Positions 22,195 through 34,987 of a stretch of DNA of 64,000 nt are shown piece after piece (position 1 is the first letter of the stretch; every line of letters begins with the position of its first letter). The translations under genes and the position numbers were made by a program. Origin of the DNA: Hyaloraphidium curvatum SAG 235-1 (taxonomy: Eukaryota; Fungi; Monoblepharomycota); contig JAIVFI010000002.1 of NCBI GenBank assembly GCA_025558095.1, positions 1,116,001-1,180,000 of the forward strand, in the 5' to 3' direction. The notes under the pieces were generated by a model. That model was not told where the DNA came from. It saw nothing but the letters and a program-made list of their open reading frames with translations, and did no database searches.

Positions 22195-25127
22195 TCACCC
22201 CATGTTGTTTCCCCGGCAGACGGCCTTGAGGTTGGCCCCGTAGCTGACCAGTGCGTGCGGCTTGAGCGCCGACTCGGGGTCGAACACGACCTCGAACAGG
22301 TCCCTCGGGTCCCTTGGCTCGACGATGTACGCATCCTCCGAATGCGGCAGTTCCCGGAACGATGCCGTGGGAGTGGATGGCAGCGCGGCACCCGCCTGTG
22401 CGCGGGGAAGGGTGCCCTTGAACAGTCTCCCCAGGCTCGCAAAGACGGGTTCCGTCGCCGTCCTCGGCGCCTGTCCCTTTCCCGCCTGCTTCCCCCCGCC
22501 CGCCTTGCGTATCATCCACACCCTCCCCGCAACCTGCAGCTTCAGCTTCGACCCCGCCGCCAGCCTCTCCCTCGCCTCGAGCAGCCGCGCCAGCACTTCC
22601 TCCTCGGGCACCTTCTGCGCGCGCAGCGCGTCGGAGCGGATCAGCAGCTCCCTCAGGTCCAGCAGGCTCCCGTAGCACAGGCCCGGCACAGGGTCGCGAA
22701 GATTGACGTAGGCGTCCACGTGCTGTGCTAGCGGGGCGAGCTTGGCGGAGATGGTGGGCGCCGCGCCGAAGGTCACGGCCTCGATGTCCAGGTCGGGGAC
22801 GCCGGATGCCTGCCGCAGGGCGGGGAGGTCGTCCCGCAGCAGGATGCTGAGGATGGCGGCGACGCTGCCGCCGTAGCTGTGCCCCGTGCAGATGATGCGG
22901 CGCGGCCGGAGCTCGGCGGCCCATGTGCGGATGCGCTCGAAGTAGCGGTTGTGCAGGTAGGTTCCCGACAGGACGAAGCCCTTGTGCGAGACGCCGTTCT
23001 TGAAGGGGACGTACTCGCCGTTCTGCCGATCACCCGTCAGCTGTTGCCATCACGAGGTCACGGCAAACTCACCAGATCGGTCAGCGCCTCCATCAGCCCC
23101 GCCGTTCCCCTCACCGCAATCACCACGGCCTTCTTCTCCTCCACCCAGCAAGCGATGAACCTGCTCGTGAACGCCCCCTCCGGCTCGACGTACAGCAGGA
23201 TCCGCATCCCCTCCATCTTCAAGAATCCCTTCATCGCCGCCAGGTTCGCCCTTTCGGCGTGGTGCGGGAGGAGCACCGGCGCCGCCTTGGACGCGTGGTA
23301 CGCCGCCTTGCTGAACTTCAGCCACCACCGGGCCTCTTTGACCCGCTCCATGTCGACCAGCGCACGGCGCAGGGCGGGGTCGGCGAACGGCGGGTCGGGC
23401 ACCGCCGCGTGGAGCTGGCGCACGGTGCGGTACGCGGCAAGGAGGAAGCCGAGCTTGCCCAGGCTCATGCGCATGCCGGCCTGGTACGACTTCCAGATCG
23501 GTTCGATCTCCCCCAGCGCCTTGGGTTTCTCCGAGCTCGCGGCGGAGGTGTCTTCGTTCAGGGTCGCGGAAGAGCTTGCGGCGCTGCGGAGGAGGGTTCC
23601 CCTGCGCTTCGTCGACGTTCCAGTGTCGTGCCGCACGATGTAATCGGCCGCGGTCTTGGCCTCCGCGGGCGCATCGTCAACGCCGCCGCCAGTGCGCCGC
23701 ACCTCCCCGTGGATCGTCCCCGTCCCGCTCTTGGGGCTCGCGGGGCTGATCGGCGACAGCGGCCCGACCGCGTCCGCCCCATCGGGCACCGATCCGTCCG
23801 GCGGCGGCTCCCCGTCCAACATCCACCGCTCCACGTCCGATTTGTGCCAGAAGCTGCCCAGCGGGCCGTTGCGGTACTCCAAGGCCTGCACACCCGTGTA
23901 GGAAAGGGACCATTCGACGGAGCAGGAGGCAAAGTCCTGAAGGTTGACAGACTTGGTGATGCCGATGTTCCCCTCCCTGGCTCCTTTAACGGCCCGTGCG
24001 TCCTCGTAGGAGCGCATCTTGAGGTTATGAGTGCCCGAAGGTTTCATCAGGGCCTCGGGGGAGCCGGAAAAGAGGCGGCCGAAGGGGATGCGGGTCTTGC
24101 TGATGTAGTAACCGTTCCGGCGGACGGCGAGCACGATGTTGTCGAAAATCAAACAGTGGTAAGAGACGGGAAAGTCGAAGCGGATCTTGACGGGCGCATT
24201 CAGGGGTAGCTGGGCGATGACCGGCGTCTCGAGTTCAAGGTGACGGACCTTGATCCTGACTGTGCAGTTGGGGACAAAAAGCCCGCCGTCTTTCCCGCGG
24301 GCGACAAAGTAGGATTCCGCCGCGATCGCTTGCGACACGCGGATCTCGCGGATGATGAAGGCCATGCTGTCGGCCCTGAAGACGGGGAGGAAAGGGGAGG
24401 GGAGGTCACGGTCGAGGAGGTGGTTGGAGGTGCCCGGCGCCGGCTTTTCGGCCTCGTCCTGGCCCTTCATCGCGCTCTTGAATACCGTGCCGAGCTGCGA
24501 GGGCGATGCCATAGGAGGAAGCTTGAGCCGCTTCAGCGTCGCGCTCATTGTCGGCTGCGGCGGGGCGTGCCCCTCGATTTCCAGTGCCGCGGAGACGGCC
24601 GACTGGGGCGCAGGCCTCGACGAACGCGCGCTCGGCAGCGGTGCTGCGAGGATCTCTGGAGTCGCCGCAGCTCCATTAGGAGGCGCTCCACTAAAATCGC
24701 CTCCGTCCTGCGCCCCCGCGCCAATGTCCGATGGGTTGTCGTCTTCGGGCGGGTCGTCTGGCGCGTCGTTTGCCCGCACGCTGAGGCCGCTGAGCGGCGA
24801 CAGCGATCGTTGCCGATTTTTCCAGCCGCCGCCGCGGCCGCGGTCGCGCGATGCCTCCGACGCGGCATCGGTCGACGAGCCGTCGGTGACGCTCGGCGCG
24901 GACGCGCGCGTGTCGGTGCTGCGGCGCGCCGCCGAATCGGGCTCGAGCATCGCGAAATGGGGCCGGAAAAGGGGTTCGAGAGGGCGCACAGAGGCGCACA
25001 GAGGCGTAGAGCAGGGGCCGCCGGCGGGGGATGGCGGGAGGAACGAGGTCCCCCTCGCTGATGAACTGTGACCTGACGACCGGAGGCTGTTTCCATCCCC
25101 TTGTTGTCCCGCTTTACTCATCGGCCA
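22195..25127 (-). CDS. Class 3 lipase with an N-terminal disordered region and C2-like domain (start uncertain)
   Basis: VVIAVRGT...ALTDL, HKGF, nucleophile TGHSYGG, VTFGAAP and DPVP. Confidence 0.85.
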
Positions 25128-25206
25128 TCTTCATCGGGTTCCTGCAAATCCCCACATCAACGAACCGGGCCTACATCCGATTCCTGTACATCCATACATC
25201 GCCACA

Positions 25207-27203
25207 TCACTTGCTCACCACCTCCTTCACGTCCACCTGCGCATCCGCTCCCTCCGGCAGGGTTTTGACTTCCACCTGCGCGTCGCCCGGCGCAGGTGGT
25301 GCCGGAGGCACCCCGCCCCAGCCTTCTGCCTCCCACGGCCCGGGCCGCCCCGTGACCGCCCTCCAAGCCGGCCCGAACCACTTCTCCCGCCGCGCCCGCT
25401 TCTTCTCCACGTCCGCCACCCAGTCCTCGTACCAGCCCTTGACGGGCACGAGCTCCTGCGACGCCCACGGCTCCTTGGACAGGCGATAACGCGAGCCCCG
25501 CGCCGCAACCCAGGTCACCGACAGCGTCCCAACCGTCTTTGCCGCCGCCACGATGGTGTAGAACCACCCGCTCCCCAGCGCGCTCACGCCCCCGGGCGAC
25601 ACCACCGGCATCACGGAAGCCGCAAGATACCGCACGCAGTTGTTTGCGCTCACGATACTCGCCGGACTGTCCGAGAAACAGTCAATCAGGAAGGTGTTTT
25701 CGCTCGAGGTGGCGCTGAGCGTCCCGTAACCGATCAGGAACTGCCCGATTATTGCCATCGCGACGGTCAAGCCCTTCGCGGGGGCCCAACCGAAGAGCAG
25801 GAGGCCGATGGGGACGCACAAGCCCGCGAGCCAGGTGGTGCGGAGGCGGTCCTCGGCGACCATGATGCCATTCCGCCGGCGCTTCCACTTGATGATGGTC
25901 ATGTCGGCGTAGTACCCGCCAAACAGCGAGCCGCAGAGGTTGCCGCATGCGGTGGCGGCCATGGCCGCACCAACCATCGACGATGTGAAGCCGTCTGCAA
26001 ACGACAAGTGGGGTGAGCACGATGTGCATCTGAGTACCGAGGAGCAACCCACATGCGTTGGTGTAGATGTACGGCAGCATCGAGTTGAGCGACCAGAGCG
26101 CGGCAAACAGGCAGCACGCGTCGAGCGTGACAAAGGCGACGAAGGGGTAACGCAGGGCGTAGATCCCGGCGAGCATGGACGGCGGCTTCTTGGCCTTGCG
26201 TTTGGACGCCGGCAGCGTCTCGGGGAGGAAGACGAGGATGCAGAGGAAGATGACGCTGCCCAGGCCGAGGGAGATGAGGAACACTGTGGGCCAACGATGG
26301 TCGAGATCTTGTTAGCCCGGCAATGGAAACCACCTAACGTGCCCCCGACCCACCATATCTCCACCCAAGGTACTGGCAAACCACACCCCCGATCGGCGAT
26401 GAAATGACAGGGCTCATGAGCGGTATCACCCAGTACATCCCCATCGCCCTCCCCCTCTCTTCCTTCCGATGCGTGTCAGCTATCGTCCCAGCGCCGACCG
26501 ACATGACCGCGCTGGATCCGGTGCCCTGAAGGAATCGAAAAGCGACCAGCATTCCCACGTTGGCAGAGAAGAAGCAGCCCAGGCAGCCGACGACAAAGAC
26601 GGAGGAGGATGCGAGGTAGATGGGCCTCCGCCCGACGCGGTCGCTCAGGGGGCCCCAGACGAGGGGGGCGACCGACAGGACGATCGAATAGATGGTCACG
26701 GTCAGGTTGACGAGCGTTTCCGAAGCCTGCAGCTCCTCGGCAATGGTCGTCAACGCGGGGGCGTAGAAGTGCGTGCCCAGGGGTCCCATAAGCGCGGCGA
26801 AAGAGACGAGGAGGACGATGAGCCGCTTCCGGAGCGGGGTGAAGCGGTCGTAGAATGGGACCTCGGTGGGAGGGGCCTCGCCGGCGTCCGAGAGCACTTC
26901 CACGGCATTGTCCGGCGGATCGGCTTCGTTCGATGGCGGTGCGGTGGGCGATTTGCCGGCGCCGGTGTCCGAGGGCATCTCCTCCGGCGCTGCGGTTCCG
27001 TCCGAGGAGGCGGAGGCTGGCCCCCTGCCACCGGAATCGTCTGCAGTACTGTTCAAATTCTTGTCCAGACGGGATTCGGCGGCCTCCGCGCCCGCGGGGG
27101 CAGGCGGCGCGGGAGGAAGAAGCGCCGCAGGAGCGGTCCCGGTTCCGGATGTTTGAGGGGCCTCCGAGACCCCAGAAATGCCGCGATCCTGGTCCGACGC
27201 CAT
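25207..27203 (-). CDS. MFS drug:H+ antiporter (DHA1 family)
   Basis: PLVWGPLSDRVGRRPIY, FRFLQG, GAGTIAD...ERGRAMG, LGWR, FLPETL and AEDRL; several introns. Confidence 0.92.
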
Positions 27204-27409
27204 CTCAAACTGTGGTTCTGTGGGACTACCGGGAGCTGGAACGAGGAAAGAGTGGGGAGACATGGTCCATCGTCTCCTCTCGCTTTGCCCCCCCGAGCGG
27301 CAGGATCGAAAGCGCCGAGCGCCGATCGATAGTACTTTGAAGCCCTTGAGGCGCGAAAGCATTTCATAGAAGATCAAGAAGCGAATCTATTTGTCTGGAA
27401 GATGCCAAC

Positions 27410-28613
27410 CTACAGGCGAGCGCGGTTCTCCGCGATCTTCTTCGGGAAATCCATCGGCAGCTTCGTGCCACCCGCAAGCCTCGCACCACCATCGATCGCG
27501 ATGACGTCGCCTTGATAGAACAAGTTAGGTATGAAGAACATCGGCCACGGAACGTTCTCTCCACCAGTGAGATGCGCCGACGCGCGGGAGCAGAGGTACA
27601 GGACGAGGCCCGCCATGTCCTCGGTCCCGCCGACCCTCCCCGTGGGCTGCCTCGACTCGAGATCGCTCTTGTTGTGCTCGTACCCGTACGCCGTCATCCT
27701 GCTCACGAAGAATCCCGGTGCGATCGCGTTGACCGTCACGTTGTGCTTGGCCAGGGCCGGCGCCATGTTGCGCGTGAGGTGATTGACCGCGGCCTTGGAA
27801 ACCATGTACGAGTACTGCGCGTTGCCCTCGCGGGCCAGGTTGGAGCCCTCCTGGCCGATGACGGCGACGGAGCCGACGCTGCTGACGTTGATGACCCGGC
27901 CAGGGTTGAAGACGTTGCCGCCCGACGACTTCGAGAGGAGTGGGAGAAGCGCGACGCTGGAACGAGCCCGGAGATGAGGAACAATCGTCCGGGCAGGCCA
28001 ACGGGCGTCAACGCACGTGAGATACCAGAGCGCCTTGACGTTGACCGCCATGAGTTTGTCCCAGCCGTTCTTCTCGTCAAAATCGAGCAGCGGCCCGCCC
28101 CACGAGATGCCGGAGTTGTTAACGAGGATGTTGAGCACCGTCTCGCGCTTCTTGACCTCGTCCGCCAGCTTCTCGCACGATTTCCGGTCCGAGAGGTCGG
28201 CCTGCAGCGCGATACAGGTGCCGGGGTATCCCTGGGCGTTGATCTCGTCCGCTGTCTTCTGCACAACCTCCATCTTTCGCGACGCGATATAAACTGGGCA
28301 ATAGATGGCCACCGCGTCAGGGGAACAGAGGGGCACCGCGTCAGGGAGACAGATGGCCACCGCGTCAGCGTAACGCGTCCTCCGGGACGGCGGCAGTCCG
28401 CACCCTTGGCTCCATTTTGCGCGAGACCGGCAGCAATCATCCTCCCGATTCCAGTTCCGCCACCCGTCTGCGGGCGCGCGGGGTAAGGCCGAGCCGGCGG
28501 CCCGAGAAACGGGGGACACCCACCACCAGCGCGACCTTCCCGCGGACGCCAAAGAGGCCCTGGATAGAGAGATCATCGCCGGGATCCACGTTCGATGCCG
28601 AGGAGGAGGCCAT
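27410..28613 (-). CDS. Short-chain dehydrogenase/reductase (RhlG-like)
   Basis: LFGVRGKVALV, ILVNNSGISWG, YMVSK (YxxxK), VNAIAPGFF and DGG; multiple introns. Confidence 0.9.
28303..28370. repeat. Intronic 24-bp tandem repeat (~2.8 copies)
   Basis: AGATGGCCACCGCGTCAGGGGAAC / AGAGGGGCACCGCGTCAGGGAGAC / AGATGGCCACCGCGTCAGCG. Confidence 0.9.
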
Positions 28614-28788
28614 CGCGGCGATGTCCCGGGACTTTAGGGGGAGTTCGGAGAGCACAGAGCGCGCCGCGGAACTGCTGCACAGACGATCAAGAAAAGGACC
28701 AATAGGCAAAGAAGGAGATGTCTCTCTTTCTAGATAAGTCTAAGCCAATGAAATGACGGGATAGACAGAGTCGTGCGCCAGGCGCCAG

Positions 28789-30840
28789 CTAGTTCTTGCT
28801 CCAATCTTCTTTGATGAGCTCGGCTGCCCTCTCGGCAAAGGCGATCGCGGGGGCGTTGGTGTTGCCGCTGACCAGATCGGGGAAGGAGCTAGCGTCCACC
28901 ACCCGAAGGCCCGTGACGCCCCTGACGTTGCACCTCAGATCGGCGGCAGCCGACTGGTCGGAATCGGGACCGATCTTGACGGTGCTAGTAGGATGATAGA
29001 TAGTAATGCAGTGGTCCCGGATGATCTGCTCGATGAAGGCGTCCGACGTGTGGTCGTTGTGGTGCGCAGCGAGGTGCGAGGACCGGAAGTGGACCTTCTT
29101 GATGAGCGTCTTGAACGGTTCCGCCTCGATGACTTTGTAGACCTTGCGGATCGCGCGCTTGAGAATCTCCACGTCCTCCGGGTGCTCCAGGTAGTGGGGC
29201 TGGGGAGCTTGGCTGTCAGCACGGCGATGGCGGTCATGTCAAGTTTCACTCACGTCCACAATGGGCCTGACAGCGGGGTCCGTGCTCTGGACCTCCACAG
29301 TGCCGACACTCCTCGGGACGAGCAGGCTAGGAAGGAAGGTGAAGCCGTACATTTCCGGATTGTCGAGGAAGGGCGTGATCCCGGTAGCGGAAGCGGCGGG
29401 GCTAGGTGCGCCCGCAAAGGTCGGCGTCATGTGGACTTGAGTGTCCGGCCGCTTCCGCCACTTGATCTCGGGGTCTTCGTCGGTCAAGCCCGAGTCCGTG
29501 AAGGCCATAGACTCGATGAAGCCAGTTGTAACTGAAACACTTTCAGTGGAGCACCAGAAATCAGGGACGCGAGGAACCTACGAGGTCCGGTGCGGAACAG
29601 CAGGTAGCGGAGCAAGCGGCTGACCATGGTGAGCGTTGGCGCGGCGGTCATGCCCGTGTTGTCGTCGATCTCGACCGAGATGGGCACCATCAAGTGGTCC
29701 TTCAATCCCTGACCGACAGCCTCGTTGGCGACCTTGACCGGGATGCCTGCCTTCTTCAGGACGGCTTTGGGCCCTACGCCGCTCAGCTGCAGCAGCCAGG
29801 GCGAGTTGACGGCTCCCGCGCTGAGGATCACTTCGCGCTTGGCGGGGATCAGGTACTCCTTGCCAAGCGCAAGCTTCTCGAACCCTCCGTGGTCGCGGGA
29901 GAACCGCACCCTGACGCCCGTGGCCCGCTTGCTGTCGTCAATCTCCACCTTGGTCACATATGCGTTCCGGAGCACCGTGAGGTTCGGCCTGTCGAGGGCA
30001 CGCTTCCCGTCCACGGTCCGGCGCAGAAAGCCGTTGAAGGCGTCGCTCCGCACGCCATTCTCCACCGTCAGCTGCGAAAAGCTGACGCCGCGGTTGTCTG
30101 TCCCGTTATAGTCAGGGTTGAACTTGAACTCGCCCGAGTTGACGCAGGAGTTTATCGCGTCGGTCGTGAACTTTTGGGCGCTTTCCGAACTGAGCTGCGT
30201 CACCCCGAGGAAGCCGTCCTTTCCATGGTGAGACATCTCGGCAGAGGCGAGGGACGCCGGGTAGAAACGCTCCGACTTCTTGAAGCACCGTTCCATGTCC
30301 TCCCAGCCCCAGCCCGAGCAACCAAGGCCGTGCTCCCATCGCTCGTAATCGCCGGGCGCCGCGCGAACATAGAGGACCGCGTTGGTGGAAGAGCAGCCGC
30401 CGAGCGTCAACCCGCGGGGCCAGTTGTGGACACGCCCGTTCGTGGCCGCCTGCGGAGTCGATTTGAAGCACCAGTCCCTGTCAAGTGTTGTCAGAGACGT
30501 GCCGGGCATGAACAGATGCCAAGACCCACCATGTCCCGAGCTGAATCGACATGCACTCCCAGCCACATTCGATGTGCCAGCTCCTATTGTCGGAGCCCGC
30601 CTCCAGGAGCAGGACCTTGACGTTCGGATCCTCCGAGAGCCGCGCGGCAAGCACGCTGCCCGCGGAGCCCGATCCCACGATGACCACGTCAAAATCGGCA
30701 GCCAGGTTCAGGAAGTCGGCCTCGCCGTCCAACGTGTCCTTCTTCGGCTTTAGGAGGTAGGCGCCGGCCGCAACGGCCCCGGCAGCAACCGCGACTCCGG
30801 CGACCGCGGTAAACAAAGGGTTGCGGGCGCGAGACGCCAT
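28789..30840 (-). CDS. GMC oxidoreductase (choline/alcohol dehydrogenase-like) with an N-terminal membrane anchor
   Basis: [67 protein letters not shown] and SGNTNAP. Confidence 0.93.
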
Positions 30841-31084
30841 CGTCCTCGAGAGCAGGCCGAAGGGAGGACGACAAAGCTCAAGGAAACCTCTTTCGGACCC
30901 CGACGTGGAAAGTTCGGAGAGTTGAGGGGGGGACGAGTGAGGTGACCGGGAGCATGTGACTTTTCCGCGGTTTCCGGTTCCCGATCCTGTTTCCCCGCGG
31001 CGGCCACCGCAGAAAAAGAGGTCAAAAGATTGAAAAGATTGGTACGCGTTGATACACTTCAAAAGATGCTCTCGATCCGTTTGA

Positions 31085-32889
31085 TCAGGCGCTCCTGCTG
31101 GTGGAATCGCCCGGCCTGACCTCGAACTTGGTCGTCGTTGCCGTGACCTTGACGTTTTCCTACCAGGACGAAGGTTCAGCAGCTGATCGATCGCATCCCG
31201 TCGCCAAACACCAACGGAAGGGTAGGTCCCGGGGATGGTCGGCGCGGGCTCGCTTCCAGGAACGCTGGGGGCCGGCCCGCTGGGACCCGTGGGACCTAGG
31301 TCCTCGCGAGTAAGCACGGCCGTTTCCGTGTCGTCGCCGGCGGCGGTGCTCGTCCCACCGGACATGACCTCTCCGGCCTTGTGGGTGATTGCGGCACCGG
31401 TCTCGTAGAGGGCCTGCCCGATTCCTGGGGAGGTCGATCGAGGATGAGACCAAGCTGCTCCGGCGGTGAATCGGCATGCGAAAATCACCCTTCTCCGGGA
31501 GCTCCTCCTCGCTGGCAGCCTTCTCGCCGGTCAGCGTCTCCTTTACGGTCTCGATCCCGGACACGATCCGCTCGCGAGCGCTTTCCAGCAGCGACGAAGC
31601 CTGGCACGGAGTCGAGTCAGACGGGGCAAGAGGCAATCCAGTGCAGCGTCTCACGGTGTGCGTGACAGAACTGGCGATGCCGGCAGCCCGCTCCTGGACG
31701 CCATGGGCGGCGGATGCGGCCGTCTCGACCGCGGACGAGGCCTGCAAGTCACATGCGAAGGGCGATCAGTCATACACTGCGCCAACAGGTGAATTCGAGT
31801 GACGCACAGTGCTCTTGGCGCTTTCCATCATCCCGGACGTGGTCTCCTTGGCGCTCTGCGCGGCTCCGGCTGCGGTCTCCTTGGCGCTCTCGTACGCCTG
31901 CCCGGCGCGCTCCTGGCCGGCCTTGGCGTACGAGCTGGTGGTGTCGGCGGCGGAGGCGGCCTGCACGAGGACGTACGTGAGAAGGCTTCCTTGGGGGCGA
32001 GGGAGAACGCACGGTGGTCCTGGCGCTCTCGGCCATCCCTGCGGCGCTCTCCTTGGCGCTTTCGTAGGCCTGTCCAGCGCGTTCCTGGCCGGCTTGCGCG
32101 TACGACGAGGCAGTGTCCGCGGCAGAAGCAGCCTGTTGATGCGCATCGCACGTCAGCGATATCAGCAGGGTGCAGAGGCTCAGACCGTACCGTGCTCCGC
32201 GCGCTTTCAGCCATGCCCGAGGCGGTCTGCTTGGCGCTCTCGTAGGCCTGTCCAGCGTGTTCCTGGCCCGCTTGCGCGTACTGTCCCGCGGTCTCACCGG
32301 CCGACGACGCCTGCTCGCACGATCAGCGGCAGGATCACCCGTGATCAGAAGCCTCGTCGACGCACCATGCTGCGCATGCCCTCGCCCATGTCGCCGGCAG
32401 CCTTCTGCGCTTCCGAGATCCCGGACATCACGCTTCCGCTCGTCAGGCCTCCGGTGCCCATCATGCTGCCGGTCTGGTTGGCGCCGGTGCCGGCGTTGAT
32501 GTCGCCCGTGGCCGCCGCGCGTTCGGTCGACTCGGCGGAGCCCGCGCCCGACTGGGTGGAGAGGGAAGGAGGCGGCGAGTCGAATGTGCCTGAGGCAGAT
32601 GGAGCGAGAGGGGGGTGGGGGGGGGGGATCAGCACCGCGCATCGGAAGGCCACCGCGGCGCCGACGCACCCGGTTGTACCTTGATGGCCGAGCCCGTTGT
32701 GACGCTCATGTCGGTGGCGGTAGGAGTATCTGACGGCACGAGGCCGGGTCCGGTGCGAGGGACGGTGACGCCGATGTCCGTGGCCGGGCCGGTCCCGCGC
32801 GGGGCGTTTTCGGTGGCGCTCTGGGGCGGGGCCACGCCGGACGCAGACGTGTAGCTCTCGTACGTGGGGTTCTGAATGCGGTCGGACAT
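31085..32889 (-). CDS. LEA/hydrophilin-like repetitive protein, multi-exon
   Basis: Repeats such as [14 protein letters not shown] with 11-residue periodicity; rich in A/S/T/G/E; consecutive phase-0 exons splice in frame. Confidence 0.8.
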
Positions 32890-33314
32890 GGCGGTGGTCG
32901 CTGTCGGTTGGTGCGGCAGGGGTGAGTTCCCAAGTGTTGTTGCGAGTCGTGCTGAGGTGCGCTGACGTGTCGTCGCGTGCAGAAAGCCGCGCACAGTCAC
33001 ACCGGGCCCCAAACCGAACGCGAACTTGCCCAACCAAAAGCACCGTGCTTCCAGCACTATTGAATGCATCCATCATGCGTTCACGATACATCTGGGAGAC
33101 GTCGGGAGACCCCGGATCCGATGTGAGTCAAGAGCGGATCCAGGCCGATGGCGGTGCCGGCGGCCGCAAGTGACTCGAACAACTTCCTCGTCGACAAAAC
33201 ACCACATTGCACAGCTGGTAGGTGACGGGAGAAAGGCGGCACGCTGCGAAACGGTAGCTTATCGCGCTCCGGGGTCGTGCGCCCGCCGCAGACTGGAGGA
33301 ACCCGTGCCCCGCC

Positions 33315-34824
33315 ATGTCACCCACCGCCGTCGAGCACCCCCCGACCACCCCCGTAAAGCAGCCGCCGCCCGCGGTGGACGTGCACACGCCCGCGGCGCA
33401 GCACCCCGGTGCCACGTCGCCCCTGTCGGCAGCCCCGCGCCAGTCGGACATCTTCTCCTCCCTGACTCCGCCCACCGACCGCGCCCTCGAGAGCAAGACG
33501 CCCGACTTCGGCGTGCCCTTCACCCACCACCCTCCCGGAGGCGCCCCCGCGCCGGCCGCGCCCCTTCTGCCCATCACGCGGGAGCCCACCGAGCCTGGTT
33601 CGCAGAGAGACGTCGAGCGCCGGGAGGCGTCGCAGGCCGCCCTTGAGGGCGCCCCCGTCTTTGGCGAGGGCGGCTTCGAGCTCGCCACCACCGGTTCGGC
33701 GCAGCACCCGCTCGTCGAGCTCGCAAAGCGCGCGGCGAGGGCGCTGCAGGTCGACAAAGACCCCGAGGCGTTCGCAGACTGCTTCGATGACAAGGCCGAG
33801 GTTCTCTGGCATCGCCTCGCTCTCGGCAAGGAAACCCAGAAACTCACCGGAAGGGACTCTTTCGTAGCTTTCGCCAAAGGTAAACCTATCGTGCCTACAG
33901 TACGTCGAGGCGGATAGTTGACTTCGCCTGACCGTGTGATCAGACCTCATCTCGCACGGCTTCTCCTGCGTTCCCGCCCCGACTTCGCCCGGACACAAAT
34001 ACCCGATGCAGGGCTTCAGCCTCCGCGGCCCCACCCTCTCGGTGAGTTTGCCATGAACGACGTTCCAACACCGGCTGACCTCTCGTGCCCGATCGTGCCC
34101 CAGATCCCCATGCTGGTCAAGACCGAAACCTCGACTGCCCGCTACTTCCCTCCCTCCGGCCTCGTTCCCGGAGTCTGGCGCCTCCGCATGCTTAACGAAA
34201 AGATCGGATTCTGGGAGTTCGAAGCCACGGAGGCCGCCATTCGCCGCGTGATGTGGGGCCGGGACATGGACTCGGTGCCGATCATCGATGCCGAGACCGG
34301 ACAGAAGAAGGACGCCGAGCTCGGTTGGTCGAGGCAGTCCTCGGCTTGTCTTTCAGGTTCTCACCTCCGTTGCAGGCGAGCTCGTCAAGAAGCTCGCCCG
34401 CTGCCAGCTCATGGGCGACACCGAATCCTTCGTCTCCTGCTTCGACCCCGACCACGGCCGCATGGTCACCGTGATCGACGCCGACGGCCGCACCGTCCTC
34501 CGCAAGGCGTCGGCCTCGGACAGCGGCGGCGAGAAGCGCGTGCACCGCGGCCGCGCCGCCCTGCTGCAGTACGCCGAGAACCGCAAGGAAAAGTCGGCCT
34601 ACTTCCTCGCCGGGTCGCCGATCGCCGTCAGGGGGAACGAGGCGACGTGCGAGGGCAAGCTGTTCATGGACGGGCTCCAGGAGCACTTCCCCGAAGGTGA
34701 TTGAGTTGCCGCTCGAGGACCTTTTTCCTCACCCTCGTGCGCCGCAGGGCTTCCCGGCATGGTCAAGGTCAAGGAAACCAAGGAGGGAGGGCTGCTTGAG
34801 GAGGTCGAGTTCCTCGCCACGTGA
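33315..34824 (+). CDS. Hypothetical protein, possibly two SnoaL/NTF2-like domains after a Pro-rich N-terminus
   Basis: Internally repeated pattern DPEAFADCFDD...GRDSFVAFA and DTESFVSCFDP...GRAALLQYA; GT-AG introns keep the frame. Confidence 0.55.
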
Positions 34825-34987
34825 TCGAAGCCGAGAGTCGTTCCGTTGATCGATGCCGACAAAGACCCCACGTCAATGGAGCAAACGTGTACATAGCCTA
34901 GGACATGATAGTTGTTTCGCTGTTTGCCGATCTTCCGATGCTAAACTCCCTCCCATTGCTCAACGACCGCCAACCCAACACGCAGCG

